From contig OZ242221.1 in assembly GCA_965206845.1 (NCBI GenBank), positions 928,001 through 992,000 on the forward strand: a DNA stretch of 64,000 nt, in the 5' to 3' direction. The notes beneath the pieces are model-generated. The model had not been told where the DNA came from. It did no database searches and worked only from the letters and a program-made list of their open reading frames with translations. The stretch comes from Cenarchaeum sp. Lineage in GTDB: Archaea > Thermoproteota > Nitrososphaeria > Nitrososphaerales > Nitrosopumilaceae. The translations under genes were made by a program, and so were the position numbers. Positions 1 through 9,877 of the stretch are shown one piece after another. The stretch's first letter is position 1; every line of letters begins with the position of its first letter.

Positions 1-2
1 GC

Positions 3-416
3 GCCTACTCGACGCTGAACTCCATGCTCGACAAGCTGGATCTTCAGATTAGAAACGCAGACATCATCAATGCGGTGGACACCAACGAGATCGTATCAAA
101 CCTGATCTCGACCCATCTGATCCCGGACATAATGGGCAACCTGCGTTCGTATGCGAGGCAGAGCTTTCGTTGCACCCTGTGCAGGGCCAGCTACAGGCGG
201 CCTCCCCTGATCAGAAGATGTAACTGCGGCCACCAGCTCATTCAGACGATCACCCGCTCATCGGTGGAAAAGTACCTCAAGCTGGCAAAGAGATTGGTCG
301 AAAAATATCACGTAAGCCGGTATCAAATGAACAGAATTCTTGTGCTGTCTGACGAGATTGACTTGGTGTTTGGAAAGAGCCGAGGGGATCAGGCGCTGCT
401 GACCGATTATGCGTAA
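3..416 (+). CDS. polC: DNA polymerase D large subunit (DP2), C-terminal part, truncated by window start
   Basis: HLIPDIMGNLRSYARQSFRC..C...YRRPPL...C.CG C-terminal Zn-binding motif typical of PolD DP2. Confidence 0.93.
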   Translation, partial: AYSTLNSMLDKLDLQIRNADIINAVDTNEIVSNLISTHLIPDIMGNLRSYARQSFRCTLCRASYRRPPLIRRCNCGHQLIQTITRSSVEKYLKLAKRLVEKYHVSRYQMNRILVLSDEIDLVFGKSRGDQALLTDYA

Positions 417-1742
417 CTATCGGAGCTTCACGTATTCATACGCGCCAAGGCTGTCATCAAAACAGAACCTTACCTTCTGATATGCCTTTCTGAACAACTC
501 GATGTCGGATCGTACCTCTTCGGGACGTTTTTTATCTATTATCACCCGTCTGATGAACGATGCCAGCTCCCTCATCTCAGATTCGCCCATGCCCAGTCTT
601 GTGATCTCTGACACCCCTATCCGGATGCCGCCGGGCTGGAGGTAGTTTCTGCCCGCCTTGATGTCTCCCGGTATCAGCTGCCTGTTTACTATGATGCCGG
701 CCCTCTCCAGATCCTCTTCTACGCGGCCACCGTCGGCAAACTCCAGCACATTGACGGCGATCTGATGGGACTCCGTAAAGCCGCGGCTCTCACCTAGTAC
801 CTGAAACCCCATCTCGTTTAGTGCTCCGGCAAACGCCCGGGCGTTTCTGATTATCTGCCTGGCATAGTCCCTGCCAAACTCCAAAACCTCAGCAAACGCA
901 ACGGCCTTGGCGGCCACTAGATGAATGTGGTGACTGCTCGTTAGCCCGGGAAAGACGGCTTTTTTGATCTGCTCTGCGTGCTTCTCGGAGCCCAGAACCA
1001 GACCGCCCTGCGGTCCAAACAGCGTCTTGTGCGTGCTCATGGTCATCGTGTCGGTCCCCTCACGCAACGGATCCTGAAACCTGCCCCCGGCAATCAGCCC
1101 GGCGACATGGGCGGCGTCATAGTTGACATGCATGCCATGCTCCTTCATAAAGTCCGACAGCTCCCTTACCGGATGCGGAAACAGAAACAACGAGCCCCCG
1201 AACATGGCCAATTTAAGCGGCCGGCCGGCCTTCTCAAGCTCCAAAACCCTTGCCTTTGTCTTATCGACATCAATGGCCAGCTCCTGCGTATCAAAAGGGT
1301 AAAATTCGACGTTCAGGCCGTGAACCAACCCGGCCGTTCCAAATTTCTCCTTCCTGCCGTGGGAGATGTGTCCACCCGCGGGAATGGATGCGGCCATCAT
1401 CACATCACCGGGATCTGTAAAGGCTGAGTAGATTGCTAGATTGGCGACAACTCCGGAGATGGGCCTTACATCGGCAAATCCGGCACGGTAGATCTTTTTT
1501 GCGAGATCCATGCATATGAACTCCACCTCATCTATGTGAGCGCAGCCTGCGTAAAGCCGCTCACCGGGCCAGCCCTCTGCGTACCTGTTACCAAAGTCAG
1601 AGGCCATGGCCTCTCGGACTGCAGGGCTCGGGATATTCTCGCTGGCAATCAGCGGAATGGAGTTTTCAAACAGCCGGTGGTGCCGCTTCAGCGCAGAGAA
1701 TATCTTCTCATACGACTCTTTGTTGGTAGAGATCTCTGCCAT
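417..1742 (-). CDS. glyA: Serine hydroxymethyltransferase
   Basis: IPLIASEN, RYAEG, GGHISH and STHKTLFGPQGG (PLP lysine) motifs; start moved to MAEIS. Confidence 0.96.
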   Translation of the reverse strand: MAEISTNKESYEKIFSALKRHHRLFENSIPLIASENIPSPAVREAMASDFGNRYAEGWPGERLYAGCAHIDEVEFICMDLAKKIYRAGFADVRPISGVVANLAIYSAFTDPGDVMMAASIPAGGHISHGRKEKFGTAGLVHGLNVEFYPFDTQELAIDVDKTKARVLELEKAGRPLKLAMFGGSLFLFPHPVRELSDFMKEHGMHVNYDAAHVAGLIAGGRFQDPLREGTDTMTMSTHKTLFGPQGGLVLGSEKHAEQIKKAVFPGLTSSHHIHLVAAKAVAFAEVLEFGRDYARQIIRNARAFAGALNEMGFQVLGESRGFTESHQIAVNVLEFADGGRVEEDLERAGIIVNRQLIPGDIKAGRNYLQPGGIRIGVSEITRLGMGESEMRELASFIRRVIIDKKRPEEVRSDIELFRKAYQKVRFCFDDSLGAYEYVKLR

Positions 1743-1990
1743 CTGCTCTGCCTTTCCGCCGTCCCAATTTAAAAACACCGTTAATGCGTAGCGCACCGCC
1801 GTTCCACCGTGCCCAACCCAGACATCTATCTGGCAAGTGCCGGGATTTGCCGCATCTGTCAGGCACGCGCGCCTGTCTTGGTTCGCCGTACGAAGGCTAA
1901 ATCACCGCTATCCGGGGCGTCGGGTATCTCCAGCAATCCATCCATGCACTCAGATCTCATACACCATGCTGCTAGGCACACCCACAATAA

Positions 1991-2000
1991 GATATAAAAT
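1991..2000 (+). promoter_or_regulatory. Probable TATA box of thermosome gene
   Basis: gatataaaat ~25-30 nt upstream of ATG at 2023, in a GC-rich context. Confidence 0.55.
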
Positions 2001-2022
2001 AGGGATTGCGGGATTTGCGTGT

Positions 2023-3717
2023 ATGAGCATGAGAGTGGCATCACAGGGAAACATGCCAGTAGTCTTGCTGAAGGATGGCGCCTCTGAGACAAAAGGCAGG
2101 GACGCGCAAAAGAACAACATCCAGGCAGCCAAAATTGTTGCCGAGATAGTTCACTCAAGCCTAGGTCCTAGAGGAATGGACAAGATGCTCGTCGACTCGC
2201 TGGGCGATGTTACCATTACCAACGACGGAGCCACCATCCTGAAGGAGATAGATGTACAGCATCCGGCCGCAAAGATGCTGGTTGAAATTTCAAAGACCAC
2301 AGATAACGAGGTAGGCGACGGCACCACATCCGTGGTTATTCTAGCGGGCGCCCTTCTTGAGAACGCCGAGAGCCTCATATCCCAAGACGTTCATCCCACC
2401 ATAATAGTAGACGGATACCGCAAGGCCACAAAGAAGGCAAGGGAGTGTCTTTTGGAGATCGCCGAGACGGTTACCGCTGACGACAAGGCAATCCTATCCA
2501 AGGTTGCAAGAACCTCGATGCAGACAAAACTGGTAAGAAAGGACTCCGATCTACTGTCTGACATGGTGGTAAGTGCCGTTACCAGCGTCGCCCGCAAGGA
2601 CGGCAAGAGGTTTGCCGTCGATGTTGATGATATCAAGGTGGAGAAGAAGGCAGGCGGTTCTGTCAAGGACTCTTCCATCATTCAGGGCATAGTGCTCGAC
2701 AAGGAAATTGTAAACAACTCGATGCCAGAAAGGATCAACAACGCCAAGATCGCCCTGATCAACTCACCGCTTGAGATCACAAAGACAGAGACAGACGCCA
2801 AAATCAACATCTCAAACCCCCAGCAGCTAAGATCATTCCTTAACGAGGAGCACAGAATGTTGAAGGGCATGGTTGACACGATCCTTGAGACGGAGGCAAA
2901 CGTGGTTCTCTGTCAGAAAGGAATAGACGACATGGCACAGCACTATCTAGCCAAGGCCGGGGTCTTGGCAGTGAGAAGAATCAAGGAGAGCGACCTAGCA
3001 AAGCTCGCAAGAGCCACAGGCGCCAAGATAACTACAAACCTTAACGATCTGCGACCCAAAGATCTGGGTACCGCAGAGTTGGTGGAGCAGAGAAAGATAG
3101 AGGAAGACAAGTGGGTCTTTGTCGAAGGCTGCAAGCAGCCCAAGGCCGTAACACTGCTTCTCCGCGGCGGCTCCCAGAGGGTGGTCGACGAGGTTGAGAG
3201 GTCTGTTCACGACGCAATAATGGTAGTAAGGGATGTGATGGAGGAACCCACCGTGGTCGCAGGAGGCGGAGCCCCAGAGACGTATGTCTCAACTAAAATA
3301 AGAACTTGGGCAAAGTCATTGGTTGGCAGGGAACAACTGGCGGCAGAAAAGTTTGCCGATGCCCTAGAGGTGATTCCACTGACGCTGGCAGAGAACGCGG
3401 GCATGGATCCCATCGATACGCTGACCGCACTGCGCTCAAAGCAGAACAAGGGCGAGAAGTGGACCGGCATTGATGTCATGGCGGCCCAGATTGCCGACAT
3501 GAAGGCAAGCGATATAGTTGAGCCGCTATCGGTAAAGAATCAGGTGGTGTCTGCCGCGTCTGAGGCCGCCTGCATGATCCTGAGAATCGATGATGTTGTC
3601 GCCGCAGCCAAGTCTGCTGGTCCCCCGCCGGGGGCCGAGGGTGGCATGCCCGGAATGGGCGGCATGGGTGGCATGCCCGGAATGGGAGGAATGCCGGATA
3701 TGGGCGGCATGATGTAA
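2023..3717 (+). CDS. thsB: Thermosome (group II chaperonin) subunit
   Basis: [20 protein letters not shown] and GDGTTSVV motifs; GGM-repeat C-terminal tail; alpha/beta subunit assignment not certain. Confidence 0.93.
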   Translation: MSMRVASQGNMPVVLLKDGASETKGRDAQKNNIQAAKIVAEIVHSSLGPRGMDKMLVDSLGDVTITNDGATILKEIDVQHPAAKMLVEISKTTDNEVGDGTTSVVILAGALLENAESLISQDVHPTIIVDGYRKATKKARECLLEIAETVTADDKAILSKVARTSMQTKLVRKDSDLLSDMVVSAVTSVARKDGKRFAVDVDDIKVEKKAGGSVKDSSIIQGIVLDKEIVNNSMPERINNAKIALINSPLEITKTETDAKINISNPQQLRSFLNEEHRMLKGMVDTILETEANVVLCQKGIDDMAQHYLAKAGVLAVRRIKESDLAKLARATGAKITTNLNDLRPKDLGTAELVEQRKIEEDKWVFVEGCKQPKAVTLLLRGGSQRVVDEVERSVHDAIMVVRDVMEEPTVVAGGGAPETYVSTKIRTWAKSLVGREQLAAEKFADALEVIPLTLAENAGMDPIDTLTALRSKQNKGEKWTGIDVMAAQIADMKASDIVEPLSVKNQVVSAASEAACMILRIDDVVAAAKSAGPPPGAEGGMPGMGGMGGMPGMGGMPDMGGMM

Positions 3718-3760
3718 ATTTATCAAAAGTTTATTTCACGACCCCTATCAAGACAAACCG

Positions 3761-4039
3761 TTGAGCACAACAAACTCCCGCGTGTTTTTGGGCGCCAAAT
3801 ACGCCTACATCATAATATTCTTTGTGCTGATGGCCGGATTCTTTCACCCGCTGATTACAGACCAGCCAGGCGACCAGGTAGTATACGGGACACTGAGCCT
3901 TCTTGTGGGGCTTGTGGCGGCATGGCCGCTGTACAAGGCGGCAACAGATGAGAAGAGCAGGCCCTTCTATCTGGGTGTCGGAATCGGCTTGGTTGCGCTG
4001 TCCCTAATCTTTGTCCTCTCTCTCACGGGCCGGTTTTAG
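3761..4039 (+). CDS. Small membrane protein (3 hydrophobic segments)
   Basis: 92-aa ORF with hydrophobic helices, directly after a T-rich spacer. Confidence 0.7.
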   Translation: MSTTNSRVFLGAKYAYIIIFFVLMAGFFHPLITDQPGDQVVYGTLSLLVGLVAAWPLYKAATDEKSRPFYLGVGIGLVALSLIFVLSLTGRF

Positions 4040-4079
4040 TCATCCGGCGTGACACAGCGACCGCATTCCGGCGACTGCC

Positions 4080-5540
4080 CTATACATCAAAGTACAGGTA
4101 GAACTCGTGCGGATGGGGACGGACGGCGATATCTCTCTGATCCTTTCTCTCCAGCTCTATGATCTTGTCTATCACCTCGTCCTTAAAGATGGGTTTCAGA
4201 AAGATCCTGTCACTTTCAAGCTCAAGCAGCGCCTCGCCTAGGCTTGCAGGCAGCACGCCTATTCCGTGCTTTCTCCTCTCCTCCTTTGTCATCTTGAAGA
4301 TGTCCTCCTTTACTTGGTCTCCCGGGTCGGTCTTCTTCTTGACGCCGTCAATACCTGCTGCCAGCACCGACGAAAACACGAGATAGGGGTTTGCAGACGG
4401 GTCTGGCGCCCGGAACTCCAGTCTCTTGAGGTGCGCATAGTCCCTTCCCTCAAAATGTCTGGGTATCCTCACAATAGCAGATCTGTTGCTGCCGCTCCAG
4501 GCAACATACACCGGTGCCTCGTACCCAGGCACCAGTCTGTGGTAAGAGTTTGTGGTGGGGTTTGAGATCGCACACAGTGCATTTGCGTGATCCAGAATTC
4601 CGCCACAAAAGTACCTTCCAACCTGGCTCAATTCGCCATCCTGGCCCTCCTCAAAGAAGACGTTCTCGTCATCCTTCCACAGGCTTACATTGGTGTGCAT
4701 TCCCGAGCCCGAATCCATGGAGATGGGCTTGGGCATCATGGTTGCAATCTTGCCAAACCGCTTTGCAACGTTCCTTATTACAAACTTGTAGGACTGTGTG
4801 GCATCGGCGGAGTTTGTCAGGTAGTCATACTTTATGTCGATCTCACACTGGCCGGCGGTGGCCACCTCGTGATGGTGATTATCGCACAGGATGCCAAAGT
4901 TTTCACTCAACACGTTCACACACTCATTCCTAAACGGCGTAAGCGTATCAGACGGCGTACTGGGATAGTAGCCTTCCTGCAGCCCCATGGGATATCCGGT
5001 GCCTTCTTGGGACCACGGGGCCTCTACGGACTCGATCGAGTACGACTGTCCCTTGTAGGGAGTCAGAACATCCCAATGAACCTTGTCAAACACGAAGAAC
5101 TCCACCTCGGGGCCCCAGGCACTGTAATCAAAACCGGCGGTCTTTACCCACTCCTCGGCCCCCTGTGCTATCCCGCGTGGGTCGCGCGAGAGCCTTCCCC
5201 GGCCTGCGCCCCAGTACACATCGCAGAGGAGTCGGGCGGTCTTGTTTTCCTCATACCATGGAATGACCGCAAAGGTGCTGGGATCCGGCTTTAGGATCAG
5301 ATCCGAGTCGTCTATACTGGTAAATCCCAAAATGGACGAGCCGTCCAGCTTTGGCAGGCCATCCTTCATCTGTTTGGGCGTGAACATGTTGGTCGAGATG
5401 GTGGTGTGATGAAACCTGCCGGTCAGGCCGGTAAACTGCAGATCTAGAAACTTGATGTTCTCTTCCTTGATCTTTGCAAACACATCTTCTGACGAGAACG
5501 ACACCTGAACCGGCTCCCCATCTATTACTCTATACGGCAA
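4080..5540 (-). CDS. glnA: Glutamine synthetase type I (copy 1)
   Basis: LDGSSI, GPEVEFF, HHEVATAGQCEI, ATMMPKP, SGMHTNVSL, NSYHRLVPGYEAP, RLEFRAPDPSANPYL. Confidence 0.96.
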   Translation of the reverse strand: MPYRVIDGEPVQVSFSSEDVFAKIKEENIKFLDLQFTGLTGRFHHTTISTNMFTPKQMKDGLPKLDGSSILGFTSIDDSDLILKPDPSTFAVIPWYEENKTARLLCDVYWGAGRGRLSRDPRGIAQGAEEWVKTAGFDYSAWGPEVEFFVFDKVHWDVLTPYKGQSYSIESVEAPWSQEGTGYPMGLQEGYYPSTPSDTLTPFRNECVNVLSENFGILCDNHHHEVATAGQCEIDIKYDYLTNSADATQSYKFVIRNVAKRFGKIATMMPKPISMDSGSGMHTNVSLWKDDENVFFEEGQDGELSQVGRYFCGGILDHANALCAISNPTTNSYHRLVPGYEAPVYVAWSGSNRSAIVRIPRHFEGRDYAHLKRLEFRAPDPSANPYLVFSSVLAAGIDGVKKKTDPGDQVKEDIFKMTKEERRKHGIGVLPASLGEALLELESDRIFLKPIFKDEVIDKIIELERKDQRDIAVRPHPHEFYLYFDV

Positions 5541-5591
5541 TTCTCTCTATCTTAACACAAAAATATCCTTCATTTAAGGATTAAGCAAGCA

Positions 5592-6149
5592 ATGCCAGAT
5601 ACAACAGAGACTAGCATGAGATCCCTGTACACCACAGTACTGAGAGAGGCTGAGAGCGACATCATCCAGGAACTGCCTACAAACCTCTACCTGGCCTTCT
5701 CCTCACATCTGGGAGATCTGAAGCGGGCCAAGTATGACAACATCGAGGCCAAAATCAAGGAGGAGCTCATTGAAATGACCGTCGGGCTAGTGGGATTGTT
5801 GCTCCGGCTCAGGCTTGGGAAGGCATCGGCCGGGGGATCGGCCGGACACCACAACCTGCTGGATGAGGAGAAGTACATAATCGACTCTGCTGGCGAGATG
5901 CAGGAGAGGCAGAAGATGATCCTCTCGGCCATACTGAACGGCAAGTCAAAGCTCCTAGAGTCCATGTCTGAGAAGCACAAGACAAGGCTGATTGCCGTAA
6001 GATTTCTCAAGGAGATAGATCAGTTTGTGGGTGCCGATCTGGAGGGATACGGGCCCTTTGCGGCAGAGGATGTTGCCAGCATACCGTACGAGAACGCCCA
6101 GGCGCTCATATCCCAGGAGATTGCGGCGAAGATCCGGTGGGAAGACTAG
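5592..6149 (+). CDS. DNA replication GINS subunit (Gins51/Gins15-like)
   Basis: Helical A domain followed by B domain VRFLKEIDQFVGADL..YGPF..EDVASIPYENAQALI. Confidence 0.8.
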   Translation: MPDTTETSMRSLYTTVLREAESDIIQELPTNLYLAFSSHLGDLKRAKYDNIEAKIKEELIEMTVGLVGLLLRLRLGKASAGGSAGHHNLLDEEKYIIDSAGEMQERQKMILSAILNGKSKLLESMSEKHKTRLIAVRFLKEIDQFVGADLEGYGPFAAEDVASIPYENAQALISQEIAAKIRWED

Positions 6150-6177
6150 AAATTATCGCTCCTAAAAACAACGGCAG

Positions 6178-6453
6178 TTGTCTCACCTGGATGTAGACGT
6201 AGTCGACTTTCTCTTGCTGGCCATCTATCCGGTGGCGGCGCTGTTTCTGATAGAGATGGTCAGCAGGGCCGGCAAGATCCCCACATGGATAAAGCTGTCG
6301 GCCCAGGGTGTGGCCACCGTGGGTTTTGCGACAGCTTATGTCACCCTGATTACGGCACACTGGCTTACGTCCCTGGTTCTGGTCGCACTGGCCATTGCGC
6401 TATTCTACCAAGCAAAGCGGGCCAAGATAGACCCCAGCAAGACCATCTACTAA
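6178..6453 (+). CDS. Small membrane protein
   Basis: 91 aa, three hydrophobic segments. Confidence 0.7.
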   Translation: MSHLDVDVVDFLLLAIYPVAALFLIEMVSRAGKIPTWIKLSAQGVATVGFATAYVTLITAHWLTSLVLVALAIALFYQAKRAKIDPSKTIY

Positions 6454-6677
6454 CCCTTTAGCCGCTTGAAGACCTTCTTGAAGAAGCCGCCTCCTTTCCT
6501 TCCGCCATCGCGGATCACGCCCTTCTTGCCGAACTTTCCCGCCCTTATCTGCGTCAGCTTAACGCAGCGGTGCTCCTCTGGCAGTCTGTGTTCGGGGCAG
6601 AACGGATCCTTGCAGTACGTGCACTCAAACGGCATGTCAGTCATGTCACCACAGTAGCAGCACTTCTCTGGCTTCAC
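6450..6677 (-). CDS. AN1-type zinc finger protein
   Basis: PFECTYCKDPFCPEHRLPEEHRC motif; GTG start inferred. Confidence 0.85.
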   Translation of the reverse strand: MKPEKCCYCGDMTDMPFECTYCKDPFCPEHRLPEEHRCVKLTQIRAGKFGKKGVIRDGGRKGGGFFKKVFKRLKG

Positions 6678-6738
6678 AGCTGCAATATGGTGCGTACTTT
6701 TAATAAAGCCTATTGCTTTTGTGAGACGAACCATTCCG

Positions 6739-6910
6739 TAGGCGGTTAGGCTGCTTCACCATACTCATAAGGAGCCGGTTGGGCATGGGCCAAACCCTCG
6801 CATTCTGTCGCATCCATCGTCGTTTGTGCCTAAATCTGCACGGAATGGCCAGAAATATCCGTGTAGAGCCGATTCCCTACCCCCTCAAACGATGGCGGCC
6901 TAGCCCCCTA
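6739..6910. mobile_element. MITE-like element, family A copy 1
   Basis: Imperfect TIRs taggcggttaggctgc / gcggcctagcccccta (13/16) with TA at both ends; homologous to 40625-40796 and to 18627-18722 (minus strand). Confidence 0.6.
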
Positions 6911-6959
6911 TCCTCTCCCCCTGATAACATATTTACAGCGAGGCCGGAGAGAGCAACTG

Positions 6960-7706
6960 TTGTCTACGCTAAAGGGCAAGGTGGCTCTTGTCACAGGGGC
7001 AAGCAGCGGGATAGGCAGTGCGACCGCGCTGGCACTGGCAGGAGCGGGGGCCCGGGTCGCTTTGGGCGCAAGAAGAACCGACCGGCTCGCCCAGCTGGAG
7101 GCCAAAATCAGGGCCGAAGGGGGAGACGCTATATCTTGCGGGCTTGACGTTGCTCAAAGGCCCCAGTGTGAGGCATTTGTCAAGGCGGCCATGGATCGCT
7201 GGGGCGCCATCGACATACTCGTAAACAACGCCGGTCTCATGCCGCTCAGCTTTCTCAAGAGTCTCAAGGTTGACGAGTGGGAACAGATGGTGGATGTCAA
7301 CATCAAGGGCGTTCTCTTCTGCACGGCAGCGGTGCTTGAGCACATGCGCAAAAGAAAGACGGGACACATAGTGAACATCTCGTCCGTGGCCGGGCGGGTG
7401 GTGTTTCCCGCCGGAAGCGTCTATTGTGCGACCAAGCACGCGGTTAACGCCTTTACCGAGGGACTGAGGCAGGAGCTCAGCGCGCGCTCAAACATCCGGG
7501 TCACCTGCATCGAGCCGGGAGTCGTCGCAACAGAGCTCGTCAATACAATCACGGATCGATCCCTGCGGGAGTTTGTCGAGAACACAAAGAGAATGGAGGC
7601 GCTGCGGGCAGAAGACATTGCAGACTCGGTTCTTTACGCGGTGGGTTCGCCGCCGCATGTCAACGTAAACGAGATTCTCATAAGGCCCATAACACAGGAG
7701 CGCTGA
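6960..7706 (+). CDS. SDR family oxidoreductase
   Basis: TGASSGIG, NNAG and YCATK motifs. Confidence 0.93.
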   Translation: MSTLKGKVALVTGASSGIGSATALALAGAGARVALGARRTDRLAQLEAKIRAEGGDAISCGLDVAQRPQCEAFVKAAMDRWGAIDILVNNAGLMPLSFLKSLKVDEWEQMVDVNIKGVLFCTAAVLEHMRKRKTGHIVNISSVAGRVVFPAGSVYCATKHAVNAFTEGLRQELSARSNIRVTCIEPGVVATELVNTITDRSLREFVENTKRMEALRAEDIADSVLYAVGSPPHVNVNEILIRPITQER

Positions 7707-7708
7707 AG

Positions 7709-8863
7709 GTGTCATCTGGAACCCCACACATACTCGTGCTGGGGGGCGGGTTTGGCGGACTGTCCGTGGCAACAGAGATACGCAAAAGACTGCCGCCGTC
7801 GCGGGCCAAGATCACCGTCATAGACAAGAAGGACTGGTTCATGGTGGGCTTTGCAAAGCTGTGGATCATCCGGGGAACCAGGACGTTTGAGGAATCAGTC
7901 GGCTCGCTCCACAGGCTGACAAGAAACGGGATCAGCTTTGTCAAGGCAGAGATCGAGGTAATCGATCCGGAGAAGAGGGAGGTAGCTACCTCCCAAGGCG
8001 GGTTTACATACGACTATCTTGTTGTTGCGATGGGAGCCAGGCTGGCCCCGCAAAAAATTCCCGGCCTGGTCGAGAACGGGCTGAACCTGTACGATCACGA
8101 TCATCTGGAAGCCATAAGGGAGAAGCTGACCGACATCACATCCGGAAGCGTTGCCATTGCCATAATGGGCATGCCCTACAAGTGCCCCCCGGCCCCCTTT
8201 GAGGCCGGTCTGCTAGTCGACTCGCTGCTGAGGGAGGCGGGAACCCGGGACACGGTCCAGATACACCTCTACAGCCCCGCCCCGCTTACCCTGCCCGCCG
8301 CTGGCCCCGCCGTGAGCCGGAAGGTTCTGGAGATGGTGCAGGCAGAGGGTATCGAGTTCCACCCCTCCTGCAGGGTAAGGTCGGTGCGGCGCAACAGGAT
8401 GGAGTTTGAAGAAGGCGGCGCGGACTTTGAACTGTTGCTGTCGATCCCGCCGCACATCGCGCCACAGGTGATCTACGATGCCGGACTGGCAGAGGAGGGA
8501 GGATTCATCACCATAAACCGAGACTGCCAGACGCCGTACGGGCGCGTGTACGCCATAGGGGACGTTACCAGTATGCCTGCAGGCGGCTCCATGGCGGTTC
8601 CCAAGGCCGGCGTATTTGCAGAGGGCCAGGGCCTGACTGTCGCCCGGAGTATAGTTGCCGGAATTGAGTCCAGGCAGGAGGAGTCCATATTTGACGGTAG
8701 GGGCGCGTGCTTCCTTGAGTCGGGCAGGGGTACGGCATCTCTGGTGGAGGTTGACATGTTCTCAGGCGACCGCCCCACCACCAAGCTGACCGCTGCGTCC
8801 AGGGACACCCTGGAGGAGAAGCTGGCATTTGAGAGGGACCGGCTCAGCAGGTGGCTCGGCTAG
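7709..8863 (+). CDS. FAD-dependent oxidoreductase (sulfide:quinone reductase / flavocytochrome c sulfide dehydrogenase-like)
   Basis: GGGFGG, YDYLVVAMG, PYKCPPAPFE, VYAIGD and PKAG motifs. Confidence 0.85.
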   Translation: MSSGTPHILVLGGGFGGLSVATEIRKRLPPSRAKITVIDKKDWFMVGFAKLWIIRGTRTFEESVGSLHRLTRNGISFVKAEIEVIDPEKREVATSQGGFTYDYLVVAMGARLAPQKIPGLVENGLNLYDHDHLEAIREKLTDITSGSVAIAIMGMPYKCPPAPFEAGLLVDSLLREAGTRDTVQIHLYSPAPLTLPAAGPAVSRKVLEMVQAEGIEFHPSCRVRSVRRNRMEFEEGGADFELLLSIPPHIAPQVIYDAGLAEEGGFITINRDCQTPYGRVYAIGDVTSMPAGGSMAVPKAGVFAEGQGLTVARSIVAGIESRQEESIFDGRGACFLESGRGTASLVEVDMFSGDRPTTKLTAASRDTLEEKLAFERDRLSRWLG

Positions 8864-9069
8864 GCTTCCTCTTCCTTCTTCCGTGTCATGTGTTCCAGCA
8901 GTGCCTTTATCTCGATGCCCAAGTTTTGCGGATCCCCGGCCATGCCCAGCTTTTCTGGCAGCTTCTGCTTCCACTCCTCGCCGCCCATCTCTACCCGCCT
9001 CTTCTGAACGCAGTCCAAGTGATCCTCGCCGTTCCCGGATATTCTGTGGCATATCGAGCAGATCTTCAT
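8860..9069 (-). CDS. Small hypothetical protein with CxxC/HxxC motif
   Basis: MKICSICHRI...HLDC; convergent overlap with the upstream gene stop. Confidence 0.55.
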   Translation of the reverse strand: MKICSICHRISGNGEDHLDCVQKRRVEMGGEEWKQKLPEKLGMAGDPQNLGIEIKALLEHMTRKKEEEA

Positions 9070-9122
9070 ACGTATACGACAGAACACTACGATTTAATAA
9101 TTTCATCTTCAGACCACCACTG

Positions 9123-9200
9123 GGGACCGTCGTCTAGCTTGGCCATGATGCTAGCCTGGGGTGCTAGAGGTCGCAGGTTCAAATCCTGCCGGTCCCACCA
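9123..9200 (+). tRNA. tRNA-Pro (GGG), CCA encoded
   Basis: Acceptor stem GGGACCG/CGGTCCC, anticodon arm ctagc-ctGGGgt-gctag, T-loop GGTTCAAATCC, ends ACCA. Confidence 0.97.
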
Positions 9201-9333
9201 TCTGGGTTCTTGTGTATGACTGGCGCTCTGCGGTGGTTGCGGCGATGCACATCTGGGAACGGGCTCGCCAGAATCCGGGTACGGCACACGGCCGGTCTGA
9301 AGGGACATATACAGGCGACAGCTCTGCCGGGAT

Positions 9334-9852
9334 CTACTCAAAGAGGCCCCGTGATCTCAGGCTGTCCTTGATCTTGGTTACAGTCTCCTGAAGGGTCTCG
9401 TGCTCCGTGTCAAGCAACATGTCGGGGCTGTCCGGCTCCTCGTACGGGTCATCAATGCCGGTAAACTTGGTTATCTCGCCCCTTCTGGCCTTGGCGTACA
9501 TTCCCTTTACGTCGCGCTTCTCGCACTCCGCAAGAGAGCACCTCACATACACCTCAAGGAACTGCTCCCCTTGGTCTATGATGCCCCTAGCGTCGCTCCT
9601 GTTCTCCTTGTAGGGGGATATCAGCGATACCGCGCTGGGAACACCATGCCTGAGCAGAAGCTTTGCCAGGTGGGCCACCTTTCTGTTGTGCTCGTCTCGT
9701 CCATTCTTTGTAAAGTCCTTGGGTGAGAACCACTCGCGGAGCTCGTCCCCGTCCAGCATGGCCAGATTCGGCACATCCTTCCGAAGTTCCCGAACCAGCG
9801 TGGACTTGCCAGAGCACGGCAGACCCGTCATCCACAGCACAAACGGCTTCAT
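9334..9852 (-). CDS. cysC: Adenylyl-sulfate kinase
   Basis: WMTGLPCSGKST, LDGDELR, RDVKGMY..AR.GEI..FTGIDDPYEEP. Confidence 0.94.
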   Translation of the reverse strand: MKPFVLWMTGLPCSGKSTLVRELRKDVPNLAMLDGDELREWFSPKDFTKNGRDEHNRKVAHLAKLLLRHGVPSAVSLISPYKENRSDARGIIDQGEQFLEVYVRCSLAECEKRDVKGMYAKARRGEITKFTGIDDPYEEPDSPDMLLDTEHETLQETVTKIKDSLRSRGLFE

Positions 9853-9877
9853 CACAACGGGAACCCGGCTGCGCGTA

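Noticed and set aside
1800-1985. Intergenic region with short matches to MITE family A (gcccaacc, cgcatctgtca)
   Set aside because: Matches are too short and non-collinear, and there are no convincing termini.
3640-3714. GGM/GMP repeats at the thermosome C-terminus
   Set aside because: Ordinary feature of chaperonin tails.
9123-9333. Integrated element at tRNA-Pro
   Set aside because: No duplicated tRNA 3' end (att site) and no integrase found in the window.
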